A DNA stretch of 64,000 nt from Selaginella moellendorffii. Taxonomy: Eukaryota > Plantae > Lycopodiophyta. A program made the translations under genes and the position numbers. The number at the start of each line of letters is the position of its first letter. Position 1 is the stretch's first letter. Shown in pieces: positions 11,868 to 24,344 of this stretch. The DNA lies in contig NW_003314281.1 in assembly GCF_000143415.4 (NCBI RefSeq), positions 1,837,882 through 1,901,881 of the forward strand, given 5' to 3'. The notes beneath the pieces are model-generated. The model saw only the letters and a list, made by a program, of their open reading frames with translations. It searched no databases and was not told where the DNA came from.

Positions 11868-12981
11868 TTGTTTGTATACACATTTCTGATGTTGCTTCTG
11901 GAAATCATCGCTCAGATAAAAGGAAATATATTTGTTTCTTTGAAAACAGAATTTCCAGCAAATCGTAGTGAACCTTCTCCAGCTAGTAGCCTCTCTTTCC
12001 ATCGCAGACTTCATAGATCTGGACAGCTTCTCAAGAGCTGCTGGATACTTTTGCATGAAGGATCCAAAGGACAACCATCGGAGCCCGACGGTGGACGTAT
12101 CCCTAGTCAACCAAACTCTCTTGGGGAATACCATTAAAATAGAATGCAGATCTCTATGCTATCCATTGCCACCCAAGATCTTTTGATATCACACTTCCCA
12201 TTGTAAATATTACTCTTTTACTACACATGGTTCAACCACACGCCCAGGCTAGGGGAGAAGGTATGAGCGACGCTTGTCTGTTTGCGCGCCCTAGGAGGGA
12301 TAAAATGTTGCTTTAGCTCAGCTCCTCCCTTAACCAGCACTGCGCAGCACCAGAGATGGGAGCTGGCACCCCTCGAGCACGAGGATGTCGTGGTACACAT
12401 GATAGCTTGATAGACCATTGAGAAATGATTTTACTTGCTTGCGCACTGGATAGACGCTGATTGCTGTGCCGAATCGATTTGCAGGTCCTATGGCTCTTCT
12501 GTGCCTAGGCCTTTGCCGACTCAGCTCAAAGCCCACTGGTCACAGCACCGCAGATGTGTGTGCTTGCACTGGGTATACAAAGCTTGGCTCGCGATTGGAT
12601 GCTGGGTAGAGGAAAGGGATTGGCCAGCTCTCTCCTGGATGCCCTGGCAGAAGTGCGTTTCTTCCAACGCTGTATCCGTATGCTGTACTCATATACATCC
12701 CCTTTACACTAGGATGGTAAGTTTTTTACTTTCTTTACCTTGGGTGCAGAATTGGGACACTGGCTGGCCAGACTCTGATAATAGGTTTTATCTTTTGCTA
12801 ATGGTGGGGTTACCCCGTATCCGACGGCGCCGATTGGCCAGATCTGGCGGCCCATAAAGTTCCGCAATCGCTCCTTATAGTACCTTTTATTTTTGTTATG
12901 GTTGAATTTTAATTTAATTACAAAAAACGTTGTGGCTGTGCATACCCCGGGCTCAAAACTGTTCTTTTGAGCATAGAGAGG

Positions 12982-14966
12982 ATGGCCACCAACACCCAAG
13001 AGTATATCTTTAGATCCAAGCTGCCAGATATCGAGCTTCAGAATCACTTGCCTCTCACAGAGTACCTGTTCCAGCGCCACCAGGGCAAAGCTTCGAGCCG
13101 CCCCTGCCTGATCGATGCCGAGGCGGGCAGAGTTCTCAGCTATGGCGACGTGGATCTTCTCGCGCGGCGCGTTGGCGCGGGGCTGTCGCGCCTCGGCATC
13201 CGCAAGGGCGACGTCGTCATGCTCCTCCTCCCGAATTGCGTCGAATTCGTGCTCGCGTTCCTTGGCGCGGCGAGAATCGGCGCCACCGTCACCACCGCCA
13301 ATCCACTGTGCACGGCCAGCGAGATTGAGAAGCAGGCCAGCGGCTCCGGCGCCCGGATGATCGTGACGCAGGCCGCGCAAATCGACAAGCTCGATCGCCT
13401 CCTCCACCAGGAAGATCGAGAGCGCGAAATATGTGTAATGCTGGTGAGCGATGGCTTCGATCCCATCAAGGCCGCGGCGAAGAGCGCCGATCGCTCCAAT
13501 GTGATGTTCTTCGCAAGCGCGCTGCTCCAGGCCGATGAATCCGAGTGCCCGGAGGTGGAGATCGCGGCGGATGTGGACGTCGTGACGCTGCCATTCTCGT
13601 CGGGCACCACCTCGCTGCCCAAGGGCGTGGAGCTGACGCACAAGAACCTCATCACTTGTATCGCGCAGCTCGTCGATGGCGAGAACCCTAATCTCTTCCT
13701 CCATGGCAACGATCGCATGCTGTGCGTTCTTCCCCTCTTCCACATCTACTGCCTCAGCTGCGTCCTCTTCGCGTCCCTCCGCGCCGGCGCCGCGATCGTG
13801 GTCATGCGCAAGTACGAGATCGGCGCCATGCTGGGAGCGATCCAGCGCTTCCAGGTCACGGCGGCGAGCCTGGTGCCACCGATTCTCCTGGCGCTGGCCA
13901 AGAATCCCGTCGTCGGCGACTACGATCTCTCCTCGCTGCGATTCATCATGTCCGGGGCCGCGCCGCTGGGCAAGGAGCTGGAGCGAGCCATCGGCGACAA
14001 GCTCCCCAGCGCGATCATCGCTCAGGTCAGTCAGGATCCATCGATCGTGAAGATATTTCGATCGATCCATGAATATTTCGATCGATTCGTGGAGGATCCC
14101 GGGAGGATCCATGATATTAGAAGAACGAGCTTGTACTGATGGTGTGGTTTTCATCGACAGGGATACGGGATGACCGAAGCCGGCCCTCTCATCTCGATGA
14201 GCCTGGCCTTCGCCAAGACGCCATTCGCGATCAAGTCGGGCTCTTGCGGCACGATCGTACGCAACACCGAGGCCAAGATCGTGGACACCGAGACGGGCGA
14301 GTCGCTGGCGTATGGCGTGTGTGGCGAGATTTGCCTCCGCGGTCCCCAGATCATGAAGGGCTACCTCCGCAATGTGGAAGCCACCATGGCGACCATCGAC
14401 AAGGAGGGATGGCTCCACACCGGCGACGTGGGATTCATCGACCGCGACGAGGAGCTCTTCATTGTGGATCGTGTCAAGGAGCTCATCAAGTTCAAGGGGT
14501 TCCAGGTAGAAAGAGAAGAGTTTGCTAATGAAAACTTTGGCATTCTTCGTGCATCCAGGTTGCGCCAGCGGAGATCGAAGCGCTCTTGGTCTCGCATCCA
14601 CGGATCTGTGATGCTGCAGTCGTGGGGTATGTACGATTTTCTCGAAGATTATCTTCTCTGATGATGGATGGATGTTCCAGCAAGAGCGACGAAGTGGCTG
14701 GGGAGTTGCCGGTCGCGTTCGTGGTGCGAAGCCCCGGCATTTTGCGCGTCTCGGAGGACGACGTCAAGCAATTCATTGCGAAACAGGTGAGGCGCCGCAA
14801 TTTCAACATCCGTTCTTTTCCTGGGTCAGCTCATTGAAAGCTTGTCTCGAAACAGGTCGTGTTCTACAAAAGGTTACACTCGGTCATCTTCGTGGACTCC
14901 ATCCCCAAATCCGCCGCTGGAAAGATTCTGCGGAAGGTCCTCAAGAGCGTGCTCTCGACAAACTAG
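12982..14966 (+). CDS. 4CL: 4-coumarate:CoA ligase, copy 1; join(12982..14025,14161..14505,14559..14626,14681..14786,14856..14966)
   Basis: N-terminal IFRSKLPDI, Box [21 protein letters not shown], Box II GEICLRG, GWLHTGD, C-terminal [12 protein letters not shown]. Four GT-AG introns splice in frame. Confidence 0.95.
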
Positions 14967-15183
14967 TTTAACATCAAGCCATGGATCGCCAGCTTTTGAC
15001 TTTGCGCGGAACCAGCTCGAGCCTTTGACGTATGTTCCATTATACGAGGCTATGGTGGGCGATGAAACAATTGACTTCACAGTGTAGGTGGCCCCTCTCC
15101 AGCAGTCAGTCCCTCACCCTATATATTGTATAACTCTCCAATCACTTCAATCAAACAAGAGCCCAGGAAGAACCTACTCACAC

Positions 15184-16264
15184 AGCTTGTTGTGCTGCAA
15201 CTCAATGTTGCGTGGTTTCTTGCACTGCGACGTGCACGATCGAGCAAGATCTCTATTCGAGACAAAGCCGCTGAGAGATCTGGTGACTTGGACGACGATG
15301 ATCCATGCCTTCTTAGCAAGAACAGGAGATTCACGCTTTGCTCTAGCACGACATCACCTCTGCCAATGCAGCATTGGCCGCTTTCGCCCAAAACGGGCAT
15401 ATGGACTCCGCAAAAGCTCTGCTCGAAAAGCATGGAATCTAGAGACTTGGTACCTCTATGCTCACAAACGAGCACCAGGTCGAGGAAGCAAAGGTCTCCT
15501 TCGACCGCGATGATCGCCAATGTGGAGACACCGAGTCTTCCAAGTCGCTGTTTGATTGCTGTCCAGGCACAAATCTATCGTCGTGGAACTTACTGCTACA
15601 AGCCTACGTCCAAAACGGGCATATTGACGCAGCCGAGGGAGTGTTTGAGAGTATGCCCGAGCACAGCCCCACCTCTCACAAGCTCATGGTCCACCCTGGA
15701 AGGGCATATACCAGGCGTGGAATATGCGTGGGCGAGCTCACCGTCGAGTGATGTGGTTCTCACGACTGCCGTGTGCGTAGCATATGCCCAAGCTGGGCAT
15801 CCGGAGAGATCGATGGCTGTGTTCAAGAGTATGCCACAGCAGCCAACCGCGGCCGCCATGCTCACGAGCCTGGCATATTCTGGGGACGCCGTGAAGATCC
15901 AGGGGATATGCCATGATGCGGTGGTGTTCAAGAGCGTGCTGATTGCGTGTGTTCATATCGGGGTGCTGCGGCTTGCGATTGAGCAGTTTGTGTCGATGAG
16001 CTTTGATTTTGGGCTTGGGCCTGGAAAAGAGCATTACAGGTGCGTGCTCAACATTTTGGCGAGGGTGGGTCAGCTCGAGCTTGCGGAAGATTTGATCGCC
16101 AACATGCCGTTTGAGGATGACATGGTGGATTGGGAGGCATTGCTTGCCGCGTGCGTTGTTCATAACGATCGGCAACGAGGGAAAAGACTTGCTGCGACGT
16201 TTCGAAGAAGAACTACTGTTGCTCATGTTTTGCTAGCGCAACACGGTTTTTACAGTCAACGTGA
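15184..16264 (+). pseudogene. 5'-truncated, frameshifted copy of the 10335..11867 PPR gene
   Basis: Aligns to 10674..11867 with several indels; the coding signal is split over three frames in the ORF track. Confidence 0.9.
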
Positions 16265-16556
16265 TCAGTGTTTGTCTGGTTTTGATGTTGCTTGTGGAAA
16301 TTATCGCTCAGTGACAAAAACAACGAGACAATAGAATAGAAAACAAGGATTCAATAGTTACAAATCAACAATGTTTCACACGATATAACATGGTTGAATT
16401 TCCATTTAATTACCAAAAACGTAGTCTTCGCACCATACCAAACATTGCGGCTGGGGCTCAAAACTGTCCTTTTGGCCACCCTGTCCGTACATAGACTATA
16501 AAGTTATGTTCTTCTCTTGGAATCTCATAAGCAACATTGTTTTCTCTCACAGAAGG

Positions 16557-18577
16557 ATGGCCACCAACACCCAAGAGTATATCTTTAGATCCAAGCTGCC
16601 AGATATCGAGCTTGAGAATCACTTGCCTCTCACGGAGTACTTGTTCCAGCGCCATCAGGGCAAAGCTTCGAGCCGCCCCTGCCTGATCGATGCCGAGGCG
16701 GGCAGAGTTCTCAGCTATGGCGACGTGGATCTTCTCGCGCGGCGCGTTGGCGCGGGGCTGTCGCGCCTCGGCATCCGCAAGGGCGACGTCGTCATGCTCC
16801 TCCTCCCGAATTGCATCGAATTCGTGCTCGCGTTCCTTGGCGCGGCGAGAATCGGCGCCACCGTCACCACCGCCAATCCACTGTGCACGGCCAGCGAGAT
16901 TGAGAAGCAGGCCAGCGGCTCCGGTGCCCGGATGATCGTGACGCAGGCTGCGCAGATCGACAAGCTCGATCGCCTCCTCCACCAGGATGATCAAGAGCGC
17001 GAAATATGTGTAATGCTGGTGAGCGATGGCTTCGATCCCATCAAGGCCGCGGCGAAGAGCGCCGATCGCTCCAATGTGATGTTCTTCGCAAGCGCGCTGC
17101 TCCAGGCCGATGAATCCGAGTGCCCGGAGGTGGAGATCGCGGCGGATGTGGACGTCGTGACGCTGCCATTCTCGTCGGGCACCACCTCGCTGCCCAAGGG
17201 CGTGGAGCTGACGCACAAGAATCTCATCACTTGTATCGCGCAGCTCGTCGATGGGGAGAACCCTAATCTCTTCCTCCATGGCAACGATCGCATGCTGTGC
17301 GTTCTTCCCCTCTTCCACATCTACTGCCTCAGCTGCGTCCTCTTCGCGTCCCTCCGCGCCGGCGCCGCGATCGTGGTCATGCGCAAGTACGAGATCGGCG
17401 CCATGCTGGGAGCGATCCAGCGGTTCCAGGTCACGGCGGCGTGCCTGGTGCCACCGATTCTCCTGGCCCTGGCCAAGAATCCCGTCGTCGGCGACTACGA
17501 TCTCTCCTCGCTGCGATTCATCATGTCCGGGGCCGCGCCGCTGGGCAAGGAGCTGGAGCGAGCCATCGGCGACAAGCTCCACGGCGCGATCATCGCTCAG
17601 GTCAGTCGGGATCAATCGATCGCGAAGATATTTCGATCAATTCGTGGAAGATCCATGATATTTCGATCGATTCGTGGAGGATCCCGATCGATTCTTGGAG
17701 GATCCATGATATTTCGATTCTTGCAAGAACGAGCTTGTACTGATGGTGTGATTTTCATCGACAGGGATACGGGATGACCGAAGCCGGCCCTCTCATCTCG
17801 ATGAGCCTGGCCTTCGCCAAGACGCCATTCGCGATCAAGTCGGGCTCTTGCGGCACGATCGTACGCAACACCGAGGCCAAGATCGTGGACACCGAGACGG
17901 GCGAGTCGCTGGCGTATGGCGTGTGTGGCGAGATTTGCCTCCGCGGTCCCCAGATCATGAAGGGCTACCTCCGCAATGTGGAAGCCACCATGGCGACCAT
18001 CGACAAGGAGGGATGGCTCCACACCGGCGACGTGGGATTCATCGACTGCGACGAGGAGCTCTTCATTGTGGATCGTGTCAAGGAGCTCATCAAGTTCAAG
18101 GGGTTCCAGGTAGAAAGAGAAAAGTTTGCTAATGAAAACTTTGGCATTCTTCGTGCATCCAGGTTGCGCCAGCGGAGATCGAAGCGCTCTTGGTCTCGCA
18201 TCCACGGATCTGTGATGCTGCAGTCGTGGGGTATGTACGATTTTCTCGAAGATTATCTTCTCTGATGATGGATGGATGTTCCAGCAAGAGCGACGAAGTG
18301 GCTGGGGAGTTGCCGGTCGCGTTCGTGGTGCGAAGCCCCGGCATTTTGCGCGTCTCGGAGGACGACGTCAAGCAATTCATTGCGAAACAGGTGAGGAGCC
18401 GCAATTTTCAACATCCGTTCTTTTCCCGGGTCAGCTCATTGAAAGTTTCTTTTTGTCTTGAAACAGGTTGTGTTCTACAAAAGGTTACACTCGGTCATCT
18501 TCGTGGACTCCATCCCCAAATCCGCCGCTGGAAAGATTCTGCGGAAGGTCCTCAAGAGCGTGCTCTCGACAAACTAG
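16557..18577 (+). CDS. 4CL: 4-coumarate:CoA ligase, copy 2; join(16557..17600,17765..18109,18163..18230,18285..18390,18467..18577)
   Basis: Near-identical to copy 1, with the same exon lengths, intact motifs and splice sites. Confidence 0.95.
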
Positions 18578-18794
18578 TTTAACATCAAGCCATGGATCGC
18601 CAGCTTTTGACTTTGCGCGGAACCAGCTCGAGCTTTTGACATATGTTCCATTATACGAGGCTATGGTGGGCGATGAAACAATTGACTTCACAGTGTAGGT
18701 GGCCCCTCTCCAGCAGTCAGTCCCTCACCCTATATATTGTATAACTCTCCAATCACTTCAATCAAACAAGAGCCCAGGAAGAACCTACTCACAC

Positions 18795-19764
18795 AGCTTG
18801 TTGTGCTGCAACTCAATGTTGCGTGGTTTCTTGCACTGCGACGTGCACGATCGAGCAAGGAGACAAAGCCGCTGAGAGATCTGGTGACTTGGACGACGAT
18901 GATCCATGCCTTCTTAGCAAGAACAGGAGATTCACGCTTTGCTCTAGCACGACATCACCTCTGCCAATGCAGCATTGGCCGCTTTCGCCCAAAACGGGCA
19001 TATGGACTCCGCAAAAGCTCTGCTCGAAAAGCATGGAATCTAGAGACTTGGTATCTCTATGCTCACAAACAAGCACCAGGTCGAGGAAGCAAAGGTCTCC
19101 TTCGACCGCGATGATCGCCAATGTGGAGACACCGAGTCTTCCAAGTCGCTGTTTGATTGCTGTCCAGGCACAAATCTATCGTCGTGGAACTCACTGCTAC
19201 AAGCCTACGTCCAAAACGGGCATATTGACGCAGCCGAGGGAGTGTTTGAGAGTATGCCCGAGCACAGCCCCACCTCTCACAAGCTCATGGTCCACCCTGG
19301 AAAGGCATATATCAGGCGTGGAATATGCGTGGGCGAGCTCACCGTCGAGTGATGTCCGTGTGCGTAGCATATGCCCAAGCTGGGCATCCGGAGAGATCGA
19401 TCCAGGGGATATGCCTGGATGCGGTGGTGTTCAAGAGCGTGCTGCTTGCGTGTGTTCATATCGGGGTGCTGCGGCTTGCGATTGAGCAGTTTGTGTCGAT
19501 GAGCTTTGATTTTGGGCTTGGGGGAAAAGAGCATTACAGGTGCGTGCTCAACATTTTGGCGAGGGTGGGTCAGCTCGAGCTTGCGGAAGATTTGATCGCC
19601 AACATGCCGTTTGAGGATGACATGGTGGATTGGGAGGCATTGCTTGCCGCGTGCGTTGTTCATAACGATCGGCAACGAGGGAAAAGACTTGCTGCGACGT
19701 TTCGAAGAAGAACTACTGTTGCTCATGTTTTGCTAGCGCAACACGGTTTTTACAGTCAACGTGA
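18795..19764 (+). pseudogene. Second truncated, frameshifted PPR copy
   Basis: Shares the junction and lesions of 15184..16264 and has additional deletions. Confidence 0.9.
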
Positions 19765-20056
19765 TCAGTGTTTGTCTGGTTTTGATGTTGCTTGTGGAAA
19801 TTATCGCTCAGTGACAAAAACAACGAGACAATAGAATAGAAAACAAGGATTCAATAGTTACAAATCAACAATGTTTCACACGATATAACATGGTTGAATT
19901 TCCATTTAATTACCAAAAACGTAGTCTTCGCACCATACCAAACATTGCGGCTGGGGCTCAAAACTGTCCTTTTGGCCACCCTGTCCGTACATAGACTATA
20001 AAGCTATGTTCTTCTCTTGGAATCTCATAAGCAATATTGTTTTCTCTCACAGAAGG

Positions 20057-22063
20057 ATGGCCACCAACACCCAAGAGTATATCTTTAGATCCAAGCTGCC
20101 AGATATCGAGCTTCAGAATCACTTGCCTCTCACGGAGTACTTGTTCCAGCGCCATCAGGGCAAAGCTTCGAGCCGCCCCTGCCTGATCGATGCCGAGGCG
20201 GGCAGAGTTCTCAGCTATGGCGACGTGGATCTTCTCGCGCGGCGCGTTGGCGCGGGGCTGTCGCGCCTCGGCATCCGCAAGGGCGACGTCGTCATGCTCC
20301 TCCTCCCGAATTGCATCGAATTCGTGCTCGCGTTCCTTGGCGCGGCGAGAATCGGCGCCACCGTCACCACCGCCAATCCACTGTGCACGGCCAGCGAGAT
20401 TGAGAAGCAGGCCAACGGCTCCGGTGCCCGGATGATCGTGACGCAGGCTGCGCAGATCGACAAGCTCGATCGCCTCCTCCACCAGGATGATCAAGAGCGC
20501 GAAATATATGTAATGCTGGTGAGCGATGGCTTCGATCCCATCAAGGCCGCGGCGAAGAGCGCCGATCGCTCCAATGTGATGTTCTTCGCAAGCGCGCTGC
20601 TCCAGGCCGATGAATCCGAGTGCCCGGAGGTGGAGATCGCGGCGGATGTGGACGTCGTGACGCTGCCATTCTCGTCGGGCACCACCTCGCTGCCCAAGGG
20701 CGTGGAGCTGACGCACAAGAACCTCATCACTTGTATCGCGCAGCTCGTCGATGGCGAGAACCCTAATCTCTTCCTCCATGGCAACGATCGCATGCTGTGC
20801 GTTCTTCCCCTCTTCCACATCTACTGCCTCAGCTGCGTCCTCTTCGCGTCCCTCCGCGCCGGCGCCGCGATCGTGGTCATGCGCAAGTACGAGATCGGCG
20901 CCATGCTGGGAGCGATCCAGCGCTTCCAGGTCACGGCGGCGTGCCTGGTGCCACCGATTCTCCTGGCCCTGGCCAAGAATCCCGTCGTCGGCGACTACGA
21001 TCTCTCCTCGCTGCGATTCATCATGTCCGGGGCCGCGCCGCTGGGCAAGGAGCTGGAGCGAGCCATCGGCGACAAGCTCCCCGGCGTGATCATCGCTCAG
21101 GTCAGTCGGGATCAATCGATCGCGAAGATATTTCGATCAATTCGTGGAAGATCCATGATATTTCGATCGATTCTTGGAGGATACATGATATTTCGATTCT
21201 TGCAAGAACGAGCTTGTACTGATGGTGTGGTTTTCATCGACAGGGATACGGGATGACCGAAGCCGGCCCTCTCATCTCGATGAGCCTGGCCTTCGCCAAG
21301 ACGCCATTCGCGATCAAGTCGGGCTCTTGCGGCACGATCGTGCGCAACACCGAGGCCAAGATCGTGGACACCGAGACGGGCGAGTCGCTGGCGTATGGCG
21401 TGTGTGGCGAGATTTGCCTCCGCGGCCCCCAGATCATGAAGGGGTACCTCCGCAATGTGGAAGCCACCATGGCAACCATCGACAAGGAGGGATGGCTCCA
21501 CACCGGCGACGTGGGATTCATCGACCGCGACGAGGAGCTCTTCATTGTGGATCGCGTCAAGGAGCTCATCAAGTTCAAGGGGTTCCAGGTAAAATTGAAA
21601 AGATCGCTAGCTTATAGCACATTCGATATGAGAACTTTGGCATTCTTCGTGCATCCAGGTTGCGCCAGCGGAGATCGAAGCACTCTTGGTCTCGCATCCA
21701 CGGATCTGTGATGCTGCGGTCGTGGGGTATGTACGATTTTCTCGAAGATTATCTTCTCTGATGATGGATGGATGTTCCAGCAAGAGCGACGAAGTGGCTG
21801 GGGAGTTGCCGGTCGCGTTCGTGGTGCGAAGCCCCGGCATTTTGCGCGTCTCGGAGGACGACGTCAAGCAATTCATTGCGAAACAGGTGAGGCGCCGCAA
21901 TTTCAACATCCGTTCTTTTCCTGGGTCAGCTCATTGAAAGCTCTCGAAACAGGTCGTGTTCTACAAAAGGTTGCACTCTGTCATCTTCGTGGACTCTATC
22001 CCCAAATCTGCCGCTGGAAAGATTCTGCGGAAGGTCCTCAAGAGCGCGCTCTCGACAAACTAG
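20057..22063 (+). CDS. 4CL: 4-coumarate:CoA ligase, copy 3; join(20057..21100,21244..21588,21659..21726,21781..21886,21953..22063)
   Basis: Near-identical to copies 1 and 2; reading frame, motifs and splice sites intact. Confidence 0.95.
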
Positions 22064-22296
22064 TTTATCATCGAGCCATGGATCGCCAGCTTTTGACTTT
22101 GCGCAGAATCAGCTCGAGCTTTTGACATCTGTTCCATTATACGATATGTGGAAGGCTATGGTGGGCGATGAAACGATTGACTTCACAGTGTAGGTGGCCG
22201 CTCCAGCAGTCAGTCCTTCACTGTATATATTGTAGAACTTTCCAATCACTTGAATCAAACAAGAGTCCCGGAAGAACCTTTCCACTCACACAAATG

Positions 22297-22336
22297 CTGA
22301 CTGACTTTAGTCCACTCTAGTCAAAAAGTCAGTCAG
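22297..22336. repeat. 12-bp inverted repeat (ctgactgacttt / aaagtcagtcag) with 16-nt loop
   Basis: Seen directly; begins about 4 bp beyond the distal end of the 4CL repeat unit. Confidence 0.7.
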
Positions 22337-22591
22337 AGTAGCTCTTGGATTTTTCTGGAGTTCACGTCAAGATTGGCTGGCTGGCGGCGCTAGCTGCTTG
22401 CGTGAGCGCTGGATCTTGATAATAGATTTGTTTTGGGACCACGCGAGCACGCAGACATTCCACTCAAGTTGGTGTGAAATGTTATTGAAATGGAGCGGTG
22501 CGGGGTGCATGGGCGAAGATTTTTTTTTGGCTTTGTCAAGATTTTTGGGTGGAAGGATTCAATATCTTTCAATCTAGAACGCATGACTAAT

Positions 22592-22673
22592 GTCAACATG
22601 TCCGAGTGGTTAAGGAGACAGACTTGAAATCTGTTGGGTAACGCCCGCGCAGGTTCAAGTCCTGCTGTTGACG
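22592..22673 (+). tRNA. tRNA-Ser (anticodon UGA)
   Basis: Acceptor stem gtcaaca/tgttgac, A-box tccgagtggttaagg, anticodon arm acaga-ctTGAaa-tctgt, long variable arm, T arm gcagg-ttcaagt-cctgc. Confidence 0.93.
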
Positions 22674-22856
22674 GCAATATCACGTTTGCTCTTTTGTTTG
22701 CTTCGCGATTTCAAAGGATTTCAAAGAATTTGTCTCAATTTAACTGCAAAAATTGCCAGAGCCTCCGGAAGCTCAGAAAGAAAGAAACCAAAATAAGTTC
22801 AGCTTGGCGCGTTATGGCAGCATGTTCTTATTTGTTGGCGAACGAGCAAACTTGGA

Positions 22857-23900
<1,044 letters not shown>

Positions 23901-24344
23901 TACTCCTGGAGACCTCGCGCGAGGGATTCAATGCCTAGCGGAGGCGAAACAAGGGATCCAGTGTGAAATCTTGGCGAGAATCCATGGCGGATTGCCGGCG
24001 CTCATACCTGGGAGCTATGCCGTCCGGATGGAGATTACGCAGCGTCTCGCCCTCGCCGCGCCTCTCGATCGCGCTCTTCTCTCTCTCCAATGGCGTGTTT
24101 TTTAAGAACTAAGCTCAATAAACGTCTGGATGAATCCAATGGCTGGTATTAGCTTGACCACACTCTAGAATATTCTACTTCTGATGCCTCTTTCATGGGT
24201 GGAGAGGAGCACTGCCACTGGTCGTGTTTCTCTGAGCGCCATTGTTCGAATTTTAGGGATTGGGAGCTTGGGGTTTCGCGAGCGATGGCGCGGTAGGGAT
24301 ATCTGGCAAGGCGCGACGATCGATCGTAGCTAGGGCTAGGAAGA

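Noticed and set aside
12709-14601. 630-aa minus-strand ORF, and its 385-aa counterparts at 16458..17615 and 19958..21115
   Set aside because: Antisense shadows of GC-rich 4CL exons; no recognisable motifs, and the frame is not conserved in length between copies.
15126-16334. 402-aa ORF as a functional PPR protein
   Set aside because: The N-terminal half is out of the PPR frame; it is a by-product of frameshifts in the pseudogene.
22370-22530. Possible Pol III ncRNA upstream of tRNA-Ser ending in a T-run
   Set aside because: No recognisable snoRNA/snRNA boxes or structure.
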